Shown: positions 1 to 12,640, counted from the first letter of the whole stretch. The stretch is 62,958 nucleotides of DNA, filler included, from Guillardia theta CCMP2712 (GCF_000315625.1; 5 parts of 4 records of this genome joined end to end with filler, not necessarily neighbours in it); one strand, 5' to 3'. The notes: generated from the letters alone by a model not told the origin. Numbers and translations: made by a program.

Positions 1-280
1 GTCTTCTCCCTCTTGGGGGGAGGAAAACGAGGAGGGGGGTGAAGAAGGAGTTGAAGAAACCTAAGAGATGCTCAAAGAAGGGGCCCCCTCCTTGTTGTGG
101 TGCTGGAGGGCTAATACCGATCGTAAAGGTGCTCCACCATTCAAATGGTTGGCTTCTCCTCCTCCCCCTGCTCTTTTTTTTCTCCTCCCCTCCTCCCCTC
201 CTTCCCTCCGCTATCATCTTTTTCTAGTCTTCTTCTTCTTTTCACCTTCTCTCCCTCCTTCCCCCTGACTTGCTGGGCAG

Positions 281-906
281 CTGGTGACCACCCCGACAGA
301 TGTGGTTCATGCTCCCTCGAGAGCAGCGGGGCCGGGGGCCGAGAAGGAGGAGGAGGAGGAGGAGGAGGAGGAGGAGGAGGAGGAGAAACCTTCTGTTTAT
401 CCGGAAGGAAGTCGAAATCTTGAGGAGGATTTGCCCAGCTGGAGTGAGACCCTGTCATCGATGAGCTGGCGGATGACTCAGCTGAAGTTGCAGCTGGAAA
501 CAGCTAAGGTCAGTTCCCTCCCCCCCTTTTCCCCTCCCGTCTGATCCTCCTCCTCCTCCTCCTCCTCCTTGTCCTCCTCCTCCTCCTCCTCCTCCTCCTT
601 GGCCTCCTCCTCCACCTCCTCCTTTCTCTCGTTTTCTGATTTTGTGCGCAGGTGCAGCAGGCGATGAAGCTGAAGAGTGCGGAGGCGATAGAAACTGTCG
701 TACAGACAGGCAAGGAGCTCGGTAAGCACAAGGAGGATGGAGGAAGAGAGAGAAGAGAAAGGATGGAGGAAGAGAGAGAAGAGAAAGGACGGAAGAGGAG
801 GAGGAGCAGGTGCAGGAAGGATGGAGGAGGAGGAGGAGGAGGAGGAGGAGGAGGAGGAGGAGGAGAGGTCTACACTGACAGGAGATGGCAGGCAAGCGAG
901 CAGATG
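281..906 (+). CDS. 3' part of a hypothetical acidic/coiled-coil protein (spliced; 5' end unclear or outside window)
   Basis: Exons ~281-508 (LVTTPTD...QLETAK), 652-721 (VQQAMK...KEL) and ~882-906 join in frame through GT-AG introns filled with CCT/GGA repeats; no family recognised. Confidence 0.4.
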
Positions 907-1042
907 ACATGACGAGGAACTTCACGGGGAGATGAGAAGAGAGGAAGAGAGAGGAGGGAGGGGAAGTGAGAAGGAGAGAGAGGGGTGAAGGTTTGAATCT
1001 TTCTTTCGCTTGAGTTTCATTTCTGTTGCTCCTCCTCCCCTC

Positions 1043-4000
1043 TCACACCCTCTGCTGCTGCTTCATCGTCCGCATCCTCACGACGAGCTCGTTGGCGCAC
1101 AAATTTCTCTTGACCAGCAGCTCGGCGCATCTCTGCGACTTCTTCAGTCCAAGCCCAGCAGGGGTCCACCTCACCTCCAGCTCCTCCAAGTGCCACTTGA
1201 CCGATCGCAGCAGCTCAGTCTCGTCTGCTGATTCGTCAGCTCCTCCTCCTCCTCCTCCTCTCTTGCTAACCTAGTACGAGTGCAGACAGCATTCCCGAGT
1301 TCAACTGCTCTCCTTCATTGCTGGTCCTCGCCCTGCCAAAGTCACGATTCACTTGTCCCTTCCTCCTCCTTGTCTCATCGTTACCACTTGCTTGCTTGGC
1401 TCATGTCGGCCAGCCCCTCAACCTGCGGCAGATGAGGGAGAGGAACATGGGAGGGGGGAAGGGGAGGGAGAGAAGAAGCGAGGAAGGAGAGGAAGACGAA
1501 GAGAGAGGGAGGCGGAGGAGGAGGAGAAGGAACCTGGGAGAGGTGTCTCTTGGGGGGGCTAAACATCTGACAGGACAGCGTGAGGATGGGAGAGAGGATA
1601 AGGGGGTCTTGCCTGGGCGAGAGAAGCAGGCGGGTAGTCGGCCAAGGAGAGTTGAGAGGAGGAAAGAGAAGAGTCGCTCCTATGAAGCTGGGAGGCAGGG
1701 GAGGACTGGATGGAGAGGAAGCTGCAGACAAAGTCAGTCGCGGACGAAGAGGAGGAGCGAGAGAACGAGCCAACTACGGGAGTGGTTCAGAAGAAAGAGG
1801 AGGAGGAGGAATGGAAGAGTGGGGGAGGTTGAAGAGGAGGAAGCAATTTTGACGAACCACTGGAAGGCAAGGAGGATGGAATCAGCGACGAGGTTCTGCG
1901 CAGGCAAATTGTTGCCCAGGGCCCTCGTCTTGAAAGATTCGCTAGAAACGATCTTCTGTACCTGACATTGTGCAAGTCATACAACCCTCCTCCTTCCTTC
2001 CGTCCTTATTCCCCTCCTCTCCCTCTCTCCTCTCGCTTATTTTCGCTCCAATCGCTTGCTGCCTCACCTGCAGGATTGCCTTTTCTGCGTTGACCCCTGG
2101 CCGCAGCTGTCAGACCAGGAGGAGAAGAAGAGGAGAGGAGGGGGAGAAGATGAAGGTGAGTACTAGAAGGAGGTATAGGGGAGAAGCAGAGGAGGGAGAG
2201 GAGGAGCAGGCGTACCGTGATGAAGGCAGGGGAGGAAGGAGATATTGCCCGACAGCTCGGGGTTTCCCTCCTGCAGGCATTGCAGAAGCTCTCGTATCTT
2301 GGGCGCAAACTGAAGAGCTCGACCAGCAGCTGGAGACCTGCTAGACAGCGAGAGGTCGAGAAGTTCTCTCAGAGCCTCCAGTGCCAACCCAGACGCGTAA
2401 ACCTGAGGATCGAGAAACATCCGTCAGATGCTGCTGCTACTGCTGCTGCTGCTCTCCCCTAGCTTCGACCACGTCCTTCCTCCTCCTCCTCCTCCTCTTT
2501 GTCACCTCCTGGGCCTTGGCGCTCTGCCACGTGTAGAGAAAGACTGACAGAAGCGTCCGAGCTCTCTCTTCATGCCCGTTGACGCGCAGCCACTGCATCA
2601 CTTCCCTAGCCTGCCTCCTCCCTCCTGCTCCCTCCTGCTCCTCCTCCTGCTCCTCCAACAAGTTCGTTGATCCTCCCCTCCCGTATCTCCACATGCCCTC
2701 GACCAGCCGGCTTGCGATGTCCATCACTCGCGATCTTGCCTACAAATTCCATCAGCTCCTTCTCATCCCCCTCCCCTTTCACCTCCTTCTCGTCTCCCCC
2801 TTCCACTCTGCTCCCTCCTTCTCGTCTCTGCTGATCCTCCCCTTCTCATCCTTCCTCTCCCTCCCTTCCCCTCCTCGTCATCCCTCCCCTCCCCTTGCCC
2901 TCTCCGTTACCTTGCGCGAAGAGCATCTTTCCTCTACTGCAAACTGATCGACCAGCGCCGTCATCGTCAGCAGGAACTTCTCGAAGTTCTTTTCTCCTCC
3001 ATTTAGCCCCCCCTGCTCCCCTCCCATCGTCAGACCTCTCCTGATCCTCCCATACAGCTTTTCCCGGCAGCACAGCCACCACGTCCTCCTCTTCCTCCTC
3101 ATTCTTGCTATGCCAACTTCCTCCTTGTCCTCCTCTTCTATCATCAACCACCCATTCCTCCCGTTCCTCCCCCTCCCACCTCTCTCATAGATCCCCTCCC
3201 CTTCGTCATCGCGAGATTCCAATATTTCAGCAAATTTCCTTCACCGTCTCTTTTTGAGTTTTCCCTCTCACCTCCCCCTCCCCTTCTTCTCACCTCCTGC
3301 TCAGCCCAGTAGAAGAGAAGTGCGGCGTCGTGCAGCAGCAGGTCTCCTCGCAGGCAGCACACTTCCGCTGCTCTCACTTTGGCCTGGAGCGAACGAGTGA
3401 CGTCAGCACGCAAAGCTTCACGGGGACAGCGAGGGCTGACCTCGTACATGAGGTCGATCAAGAGCTTTCTCCGACGACCAGCTGAAGATGCGGAGGCTCC
3501 CAGCGCCCTCACCTGCTGCTGCATCAGCCGATCCATCGGCTCCTCGCACCATCGAACCGGAGGAGAGGAGGAGGCAGGAGCAAGATCCTCCAGCACGAGC
3601 ATGAACGCGTCATGGAGGGGCCGGACGGGGGCGAGCAGGCACAGCTGAGTGAGCAGGGCGAGACAGCTCTCGTTGAGCCTTGACTCCTCTGCCATTTCCT
3701 CCTTCCCCTGCAAGCTCTCGCCTTCTTCAGGGTTCTGTACGTCAACGCTATCAGACAGCATGTCTACTCCTCCTCCAGTCCCTCCCCTCCATCCCTCTCA
3801 TCGATCACCCTCCCCAGAAGTGCTCGACCTGGAAGACGTAGCAGTAGTGGAGGGCGCGCTGGAGGAGGAGGAGGAAGCTGGCGGGGGAGGAGGGCGGAAG
3901 GAGGAAGAAGCCATGAAGCATCTTCGACACCAGACATCGCAGAAACGACTCGGCTCGGCTCCTCGAGTCCCTCTTCGCCCCCACATCCCCCCGCTGACCG

Positions 4001-6591
4001 CAGTAATCCAGCTCCTCAAGGCCCTGGAGGGCCCCGTAGTAGTGCAGGGCGATGCCGATGTGCGCCGCCTCGACTTCGTGCTCGCCCCCGAGCTTGGACA
4101 GCTCTAGCAGCAGAGCTCAGCGACCACGCGAGAGGGAGAGGGAGGGAGACAAGCTGACGCGAGCAAGCATCACCGTTGGAGGAGGAGGAGGAGGTCAGCA
4201 AGAGAGTAAGAGTATGGGGAGGTAGACCAGGATTGAATGGAGGGGACAGACTAGGGGAGGATGGAGAGGACAGACCGAGGAGGCCCTTGTCGAGCTGGAG
4301 GGTGAGGAAGAGGATCTGGACAAGGTTGTAGGTCACGATGGTCTTAATCTGCGGGTGAATTCCCTGCGGACAAGCGACGGGTCAGCCTCATCTCTTGACT
4401 GCCTCGCGACTTCACCGGTAGATTTTGTCCCGACGTGATGGCCTTGACGTAGACCTTGAACGAGGTCCATCCCTGCCACTTGCTCACTCCCTCCACGACT
4501 GCCTTCACCCCCTCCGTCTGGCAGTGCTCTAGAGACAGCGGATGAAGCTGAAGGAGATGCAAGTAAGTGCCTCTTTCCAGCCCACAGACTCACTCATCAC
4601 CTGCGACTTGTGCTTCGAGTGGTTGCGGCCCAAGGGCTTTAACTGGGGATCAGGCCGGACAAACGCCAGCTGCCGCCACACCATGTCCTGCACAAGCCGC
4701 CACAGCGTCTTCTGAGCCACCACGGCGGTATCGAGGAAGAGGTTGCCGTTGGATCGGTTGGAGTAGAGGAAGAAGGAAGGAGCCAGGCGGTCGGCAGCCT
4801 TATCGAGGAGGAGGTGATCGCAGAGCCTTTCAGTGACGTCGTCGAAGAGAGGAGGGAGGTCGTTGATGGCGCACTTGAACCTCGCTGACTCGCTCTCTCC
4901 CTTGTGGCTTCGCGGGATCTCCCCCGGGTTGTTCTCGGAGTCGTTCAGCAGGCTCACCACCACGTTATGCCACTTGTCGCTCTCCGTCTGACGCAAGAAT
5001 GACTCAACCAGCCCGCCGAAGCGCTTCATGCTGCTGCTCTCCGGGGTGAGCCGCATGTTGCAAGCCCACAGGAAGTCGCCCTTGCAGAAGGAGGGGGAGA
5101 AGGAAAGTCGATGGACTACACCCTCGTCTCCTTTCTCTCCCTCTGCCCACTGCGTCAGCGCCTGACGGAAGAGCTGTTTCACCACCCTCTCGAACTCCTG
5201 ATGCTCCGAGGAGCTCGCGTGAGCATGCGGCCTCCTCTGCGGCGGGGAGCTCAGCTGGAGGGAGTTGTCGTTCAAGATGCTCGCGGCTGCGTCTGCAGCC
5301 CCACATCGCATGAGGAAGAAGATTTCAGCCCACAGGGGGACACACTTGCCGTCCTCCGTGCCGTCGAGCTGCGAGTCTCTCTGCTTGGAGTGCCACCGGA
5401 GGAGATGATGGATGACCAGCATGCGGTCGGTCTTGGAGGCGCCAGGGCTCTCACCCTCCTCGTCGAACTGCTGGGCAAGTTTCTTCTTCCCTCCTTCCTG
5501 CCAGCAGTCCAGCGACGTTCGAAGCAGGTCCTTGAAGTCTGCAGATAGAAACTCGAGGGCTCCTCGGAGCAGCCAGGCGTCTCTCGAGACCTGGTCCTTG
5601 AGGCATATGAAGCCCCTCGTCCCCTTGTCTCGTGCCACCAGCGCGTGTAGCATGCGGTAGAGATCGGCGAGGTACCTCGATGACGCCGAGGGGCCTTGTG
5701 ATCCTTCCAGAGGTGCTGCTGGGCTGTAGCCCGGGCTGGTAAGAGAGAGGTAAGGATCCTCAAGGCTGGTGTTGTAGCCCTGTGAGGACGGGTTGGAGGA
5801 GGAGAAGGAGGCATCAGAGCCATCACGTGTCATCCTTGATAGGAGCTTCAACGGCTGCAGCTCGTCTCGCTCGGACAAGCTCTCGGCCCGCCACTTCTTC
5901 CTGTTGATGGCCTTCACTACCTCCGAGAGCTGCTGCTGACGCCCGTCCCAACGTCTCCTCCTCTCGCCTCCTCGCTGATGGCTGCTGCCCTCCTCTGCTG
6001 CTGTCTGATCTCGCTCCGTGAAGCCTGCGATCGGCTGAAACGCCGGCAGCACAAAGCTATCCGGCTTCTGCAAGTCTAGGCTACCCAGGTCAACAGCCAC
6101 CAGCATCGATCGCTCGTCCTCCCAGTCTCTCTCTGCCTCACTCCTCAGGAAATTATCCGTGTGCAGCTTCGCCACCCGAGCATGTCGCTCAGCCACAGCT
6201 CCCGTCATCTCGAGATAATCGAAGGCGAAGGACTTGGTATCCTCTGCCTCCTGCTCTTTCACGGCAGAGCTCGCAAGCCTGGTGTCGTAGTCTGGTTGGC
6301 GCAGGAGAGAAGAGACATCGAAGTTCTTCGGATCCATGAACCCGACCGAGCGAAGGAGGATGCTGCCATCATGCGAAGGCAGCGCATGAGTCCTACATGC
6401 CGGAAGTTTCTGCAGAGAGAGGGACAGGTGCAGCAAGCTGCCGCCAAGGATGGTCTTGACTCCTTTCTCTCTCCTCTCTCCCGCTAGTTGTCTGGGAGAG
6501 GACAAGGACATCTTCGCCTAAGGCAGGAACCTGAAGAGACCGAGTTACTTGAGTATTCCTCCCGAACTCACACCGTTGCTGCTGCCCACAT
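1043..6591 (-). CDS. NUP93: Nucleoporin Nup93/Nic96 family protein, multi-exon
   Basis: ORF 4529-6511 contains Nic96-like motifs (RDWEDER, LRGALEFL, VPLWAEIFFLMRCG); downstream exons LVQILFLTLQLD and DAALLFYWAEQ fit the helical C-terminal part. Last exon ends ...KQQQRV* at 1043. Start exon uncertain. Confidence 0.75.
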
Positions 6592-7053
6592 GCTAATATT
6601 CACACTTGTTGTTTTTCTACTTCTCCTCGTCTTATCCTCCTTCTCCCTCCAATGCTGCTGCTGCTCTTCCCCTCGCCCCTTCCTCTCCCTCTGCTTCCCC
6701 CTCCCCGCATTCTCCCGCGCAGGATTTTTAGATTTTTTCTTTTCTCTCACAAGTTTGACGAATTTCAGAAAGTTTGCCGGTTGACCTTTAAAGTTACTCA
6801 AAGTTAAGTAAAATCTGTACGAGGTCAATCTCAAAAGACGGTATCCTTGGCTTGTACGAGGCTGGGACGGTATCCTACATTCATTATTTTGGCTCTGCAG
6901 CACCCCTGAAGTCATCACGAGAGATTTCTCTGGTCCATCTCATCTCATTTCCACTCCCTCAGCCATCTGCTTTCCTCCTTACATCTCTTGTTCTACTGTT
7001 CTAGTTACACAAGTCGTTCTCACTGGCATCCTTTATCTCCAATCATACTGTTG

Positions 7054-7327
7054 TTCTTGTGCAAAACTTGTGACCATTGCCGTCGAGTCGTATCACAGAG
7101 ATAACATATGTATGGGTGTTGCTACTGATAATCATTGTCGTCCAGTCGTGTTGAGACGGTTGCGTTCGCCGCCCTGACCGCGACCTGCAGAGTTGCGTTG
7201 CTGCGGTAGCTCGAGCCTCGCGAAGGTTGTGGACTGCTAGTCCCAGGCTTCAAGCCAGTGGATTTCCGGGCCGGCGAACGATTTCGACTCGCTCAAATCA
7301 CAGGCGGCACGCAAGACATGACAAGAA
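7054..7327 (+). ncRNA. Candidate structured non-coding RNA, family unassigned
   Basis: Eight nested helices found by eye, including 7163-7174/7268-7280 (12 Watson-Crick bp), 7078-7084/7303-7309 and 7085-7090/7285-7290. The non-WC pairs in these helices are G-U on the + strand. No credible ORF. Confidence 0.5.
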
Positions 7328-7578
7328 ACCTATATATTCATGTAGAAGAGATGGTTTCCTAAAGCCTACACCTGAATGCTTCCAAGCTTCTAGATGGGTC
7401 GTGACCACATCTAGTGTGACCCCATGAGAGCAGGTCAGTCCTGCCCTCGCTCTACCGCGACATCTTCATACCACAACAATAAGTCGAGGAGCGACGCTGC
7501 ACTGCCCCAGACTTTACAAGGTTTGGGGGCACCACGGGACCCCGAGGGCATCATCAGGCTACCCCAGCTCGGAGTCTC

Positions 7579-7887
7579 TCAGGTGGCCCGGAAACTCTCT
7601 AGACGCATGTAGATCAGCTTCTTGGCCTTGTCTACGCTACGAGTGGAGCCCTGGAGCTGAACGTAGTTCCACTCCCTGCCAAACTCCTTGCAAGGGTTGT
7701 CGCTCACCGATATCGAGCACCCTGATCGCTTTTCCAGGTTTTGGATGTATGCTCCCTGCTTTCCAATGATCCATCCTACCCTCTCGGCGGGGATGGGGAT
7801 ACTCTGATAGATCTCAGCCGGCCTTTCCTTCTGTGGTTGCTGCTGCTGCTGCTGCTGCTGCTGTGGTTGCGCCATGTTATCGGACAT
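7579..7887 (-). CDS. Small single KH-domain RNA-binding protein (~102 aa) with N-terminal polyQ, intronless CDS
   Basis: IPIPAERVGWIIGKQGAYIQNLEKRSGCSISV...VQLQGSTRSVDKAKKLI is a type I KH domain with an intact GxxG loop; in-frame upstream ATG at 7917. Confidence 0.9.
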   Translation of the reverse strand: MSDNMAQPQQQQQQQQQPQKERPAEIYQSIPIPAERVGWIIGKQGAYIQNLEKRSGCSISVSDNPCKEFGREWNYVQLQGSTRSVDKAKKLIYMRLESFRAT

Positions 7888-8639
7888 CTGCTCATTGCGG
7901 TCAGACACGAGGGACATCTAATCTCGCAAACAAATGTTTGGTAATTGAGTGGAAGTGACAAAGATGAAAGAAATGTTGGAAGGCATGTGTTGACTTGATA
8001 CAAAATTCTGTTCAAGAACTGAAAAGACATCTCCTGGTCATCTTACAACAATCGAGACATCTTGGAAATCCTTCAAAGAAATCCTTCTGACCGGAGGGAA
8101 CACATACACGGCAGAGATCCAACAGCATCAGGCGTTGATGCATGCAGGCCCACTTCCTTCTGATGTATGATGATAAGGCATGACACAACAAACACAAGAT
8201 CCCGACAAAATCTGTGATGTACATCTCATACTTTGCTTTCGGGATTCCGGGGAGCGGTCACAATCCGAGAAGGAAAAAGCGACATCTTGAACAAGGTAGC
8301 TCGATACAGTTGCAGCAAGTGCTGAATACAATCTGAGCATACACAACATTCCATGCACTCTGTATCAAGCTATTCCTCGGCCTTGACGTCAACAATCAAA
8401 CTTCGCAAGCTACTACACAGTTTCAAGCTTTCGAGCACCATCCAACGACGAAGAAACATGATGCGAACATCTCGTGGGGCTCATGCGGGATAGAAGGCGG
8501 CGGAGAGGAACGAGAGGAGGAGAGGAGGTTATGAAGAGAGGGAGGGGAAGCGACCTGCACGCCATTCGGAGCAGCGGGAACGGGAGCGGGGGCAGCCATG
8601 GCCGACATAACAGACGAATAGGAGAGGCTATGCATTCAT

Positions 8640-9480
8640 TCTTGAGGGTAGGGGTATGTTGGAAAGGGGTAGGTGTGCCTGGGGGGTACTCCAGTGGGAA
8701 GATGACCCCTGTTTTTAAACTAAAAATATACCGGTGTATGGAAAGCTTTGGAGCCCACGTGGACTTCTGTGAATAATGGGGGTGGTGGTCATCGAAGGTG
8801 AGGGGGTGGGGTGATGTTTTTTTCGACTGTAGAGAAGAATGGAAGCTTCTAGCGGGATATCCCTGATAAGTTACCAACTCTCCATTCAAGTTACCAATAT
8901 CACCCAGTTAAACTACCACTGCTTCAGGGGCCTTCAGAAGTTACCACCTCGCGACGGCGAGTCGGGCCGGGCGGCCGGGCCGGGCGCCCTGTGACACTGC
9001 CGTGTGTCGTCCCGGGTGCCATTCAAGCCTTAACCGTCTTTAAGTTAGTAAACTTTGAAAACTGAGGCTCGCCCGTACTGGCCCGCAGTGACCGCCGGTC
9101 TGACCTGCCATACTGCCATGCCGAGTCAGACTCATCAGGCCTGGCATTGCCAAGCCGGCCCAGGCCCGGGGTGGCATCCAAAGTGGCTTAGCTGGCACAT
9201 TGAAATTAATCATAGTACTGCCAGACTCGGTACTGGACTCAGGCTCCCGGGATGCCGGGCCCCGCGGCAGGCCCGGTGGTGAGCACGCAGGTTGGTTAGC
9301 AGGGTGGCGAGCCTGGCCCAGGGCGACTCGGAGGCTGCCGCAACCGTGTCAGGGCGTACTAGCTACCGTACTGACTCAGTTTTACTCAAAGCAGTCACGG
9401 AACTTCGGAATCGCAGCGAACTCTGGTTTGCCAACCATCGCGGTTTCCAGTCGGAGAGCTGCCACGGCATCTCGTATGCA
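8640..9480. promoter_or_regulatory. Divergent intergenic block: GGGGT-rich half followed by CCGG/GAGTC-rich half
   Basis: Composition seen directly; AAGTTACCA x3 (8868, 8888, 8938); TGACTCA at ~9372; similar blocks recur elsewhere in the window. Confidence 0.4.
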
Positions 9481-9489
9481 GACCTGAAG

Positions 9490-10520
<1,031 letters not shown>

Positions 10521-10601
10521 CTTCCTATCGCTCCCTCCTCCCCCCCCTCCCCCCCCCCCTCCTCTTTCTCTCCCTCACCCTCCCTCCCTCCTTCCCTCTC
10601 C

Positions 10602-10701
10602 NNNNNNNNNNNNNNNNNNNNNNNNNNNNNNNNNNNNNNNNNNNNTTAATTAATTAANNNNNNNNNNNNNNNNNNNNNNNNNNNNNNNNNNNNNNNNNNN
10701 N
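10602..10701. other. Artificial contig linker N44-TTAATTAATTAA-N44
   Basis: Six-frame stop linker at 10646-10657; identical 100-nt design at three other sites. Confidence 0.95.
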
Positions 10702-10867
10702 CCCGTCTAAAGGCCCACGACTACCTTCAGTTGATCCCAGCCCAGTCCTCGTCCAGCAAAGGACGTGTCGCGTCTGCACGTCTCTTCACCGTCCTCACCC
10801 CCTCCTCAAGTCTCGCTCGGGGCGTGTGGGCCAGGTCTTGGCTGTTTGAAGCTCGTGAAGCGCCGGA

Positions 10868-11384
10868 TGGCGAACTTTTGCAGAGACAATAAAGGCTTTT
10901 GTCCACTACTCTGCAGTATCATTTCCCCCTGCGCGATGATTCTCAGACCTTCTGGATGATGTTTTACCCTGTTTTGAAGGAAATAATCAGAAAAATACTT
11001 GTGAACGACTCAGTCGACGAACCATTTTTTCACAGTTTCCACCAACGAAGCGATTGCGAAGAACACTTGACGTGGAAACAATTTCAGGCGCTACTTGCGT
11101 GACACAGATATGAACCAGCCAGTACTAATATCCGTCTGATGAGTCTTCGAGCAAAGAAGCAACTCTCATCAGGTCCTTTCAAGTACTCAATATGCATGAA
11201 CTATGCAAGATACATGAAAAGATGTGGAATTGTGACCTATCCTTAACCCAGAAGAGAACGACTTGGTACTTTATGTTCTTCTGCGTCCAATTTCTATGAG
11301 GAAGCAATCTATAATATTTCCACCTTCACGGAGATCTTCACATGTGAATGCGGGCTCCGCGGATGCAACAGCAACGCAGAATGA
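10868..11384 (+). CDS. 3' fragment of a hypothetical protein ending in a CxCxxxxC motif
   Basis: Exon YHFPLRDDSQTFWMMFYPVLKE... and terminal frame ...EEAIYNISTFTEIFTCECGLRGCNSNAE*; splice structure not fully resolved. Confidence 0.35.
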
Positions 11385-11644
11385 TTGGATGAGAATTTCA
11401 ACGATCACGAACAAAACATGCAATCTTGTTGGAAAGTTTTGACTGGAAGCTTGTAAAATCTCAAAGGGTGCATGGAACAGAATGGCGTTTGCAGCCCATG
11501 AAAGCGCTTGTCCTCTTCAGTCCTTGCCTGCCGTTGGGGGAAAATTGTGGATCGAACTCGTCTGAGTTGGACCGATAAGTCATGATTTGTACCAAATTTA
11601 CTTCTGAGTACTAAAAACTAGAAACATGTTTAGTAAAGAAAAGG

Positions 11645-12590
11645 TGTCAGGCCCCCGTTCAATTCTCCCTTATAAGTCAGTGCGGGGGCCTAGCTCGATT
11701 CTCTTTTGTTTACGCTGGTTCTGAGATTTGAACTTGACTTTGAGCAAATTATGTCACAAAACTTGACTTGCCACCTGTGAACCTCCGACGGCCACCCTAC
11801 CGTGGGGTTGGGCTAGTATGGTCAAAGCCGGGCGCGGCACGGTCAGGTTGGCGGCCTCGTGGCCCTCCCAGAGCGATTGCTGCCGTTTCTGAGCGTTTGC
11901 GCTACTAAGAGGGCCATTGAGTTTGAACCGTTCCGAGTTCGGGGGTGTTTTGTCCGTAGTCACAGTACGCCGGTCAGGTGGCATCGAGTCTCTCAGTGCC
12001 CGGCCCCCCCGCCACCCGGTCCGTGGGGCCACGTGGCAGCACAAGTTGACCGGTAGGGTGTCACCAGTCACGTGAAACTGCCTAGCGGCGTAGGCTGCGG
12101 TGGCTGGGTAACGGTACCAAGGAGCTATAAAGTTTCGCTTTAGGTTGACAACTTTGGGAGTTGAGCCAATCTCGAGGGGTTCCGGTTTGACAGCCAGCCA
12201 GCCAGCCAGCCTGGCAGCGAGAGGCTGACAGCCCCCAAAGCTGTCAAAGGCGTTTGTGAGACGGGGGGCCACTGGAGTTGTTGGGCTAGGTATCCTGTAA
12301 GCGAGCCAGAGGGAGACCGGAGGGCCAAAATTGAGAAAATAAAAAATAAAAAAAGAAGCAGTCAGAGGCTTGAGAGTCTCGGAGAAGAGCTGGTCTTAAC
12401 CACCTACCCCTCTGAGCACTTCACGGGGAGAGAAGGGGGTGGTCCTTTATGTCAAGCCTTTCTTTTTCAGTCAATAAACATGAGAAGAGTTTTAGAGCAC
12501 AAAGGCCAGATTGCGGGGAATAGGTGGATACGAGCCGAGGAGGCTTGGGGTGGGTAGAGGGGAGGGGGAAGGGGAGGGCCTTATAAGCAG
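11645..12590 (+). promoter_or_regulatory. Promoter of homeobox gene with TGACA cluster and TATA-like box
   Basis: Eight TGACA/TGTCA pentamers between 11645 and 12454; TTATAAG at 12581, 60 nt before the ATG. Confidence 0.5.
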
Positions 12591-12640
12591 CACCTCCTTG
12601 CTCCGACTGCCAGACGCCCACGAGGACCTAGTGCGCTAAG

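Noticed and set aside
7114-7226. TPP riboswitch reading (GGGUG...UGAGA...GCCC...ACCUG...GCGAAGG)
   Set aside because: Lacks CCUGAU and the L5 AAU loop, P1 is poor, no thiamine gene is adjacent, and a stronger alternative fold exists; a cmsearch would settle it.
7358-7368. CCTAAAGCCTA as a telomerase template (TTTAGGC)
   Set aside because: Lies 3' of and outside the folded domain, and the telomere repeat of this organism cannot be seen here; likely chance.
10646-10657. TTAATTAATTAA repeated four times as a biological motif
   Set aside because: Always centred in exactly 44+44 Ns: an artificial six-frame-stop linker. It also explains the DNAI4 truncation.
11650-11690. GGCCCCCG...CGGGGGCC hairpin as terminator or ncRNA
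   Set aside because: Single 8-bp stem with a long loop and no supporting features.
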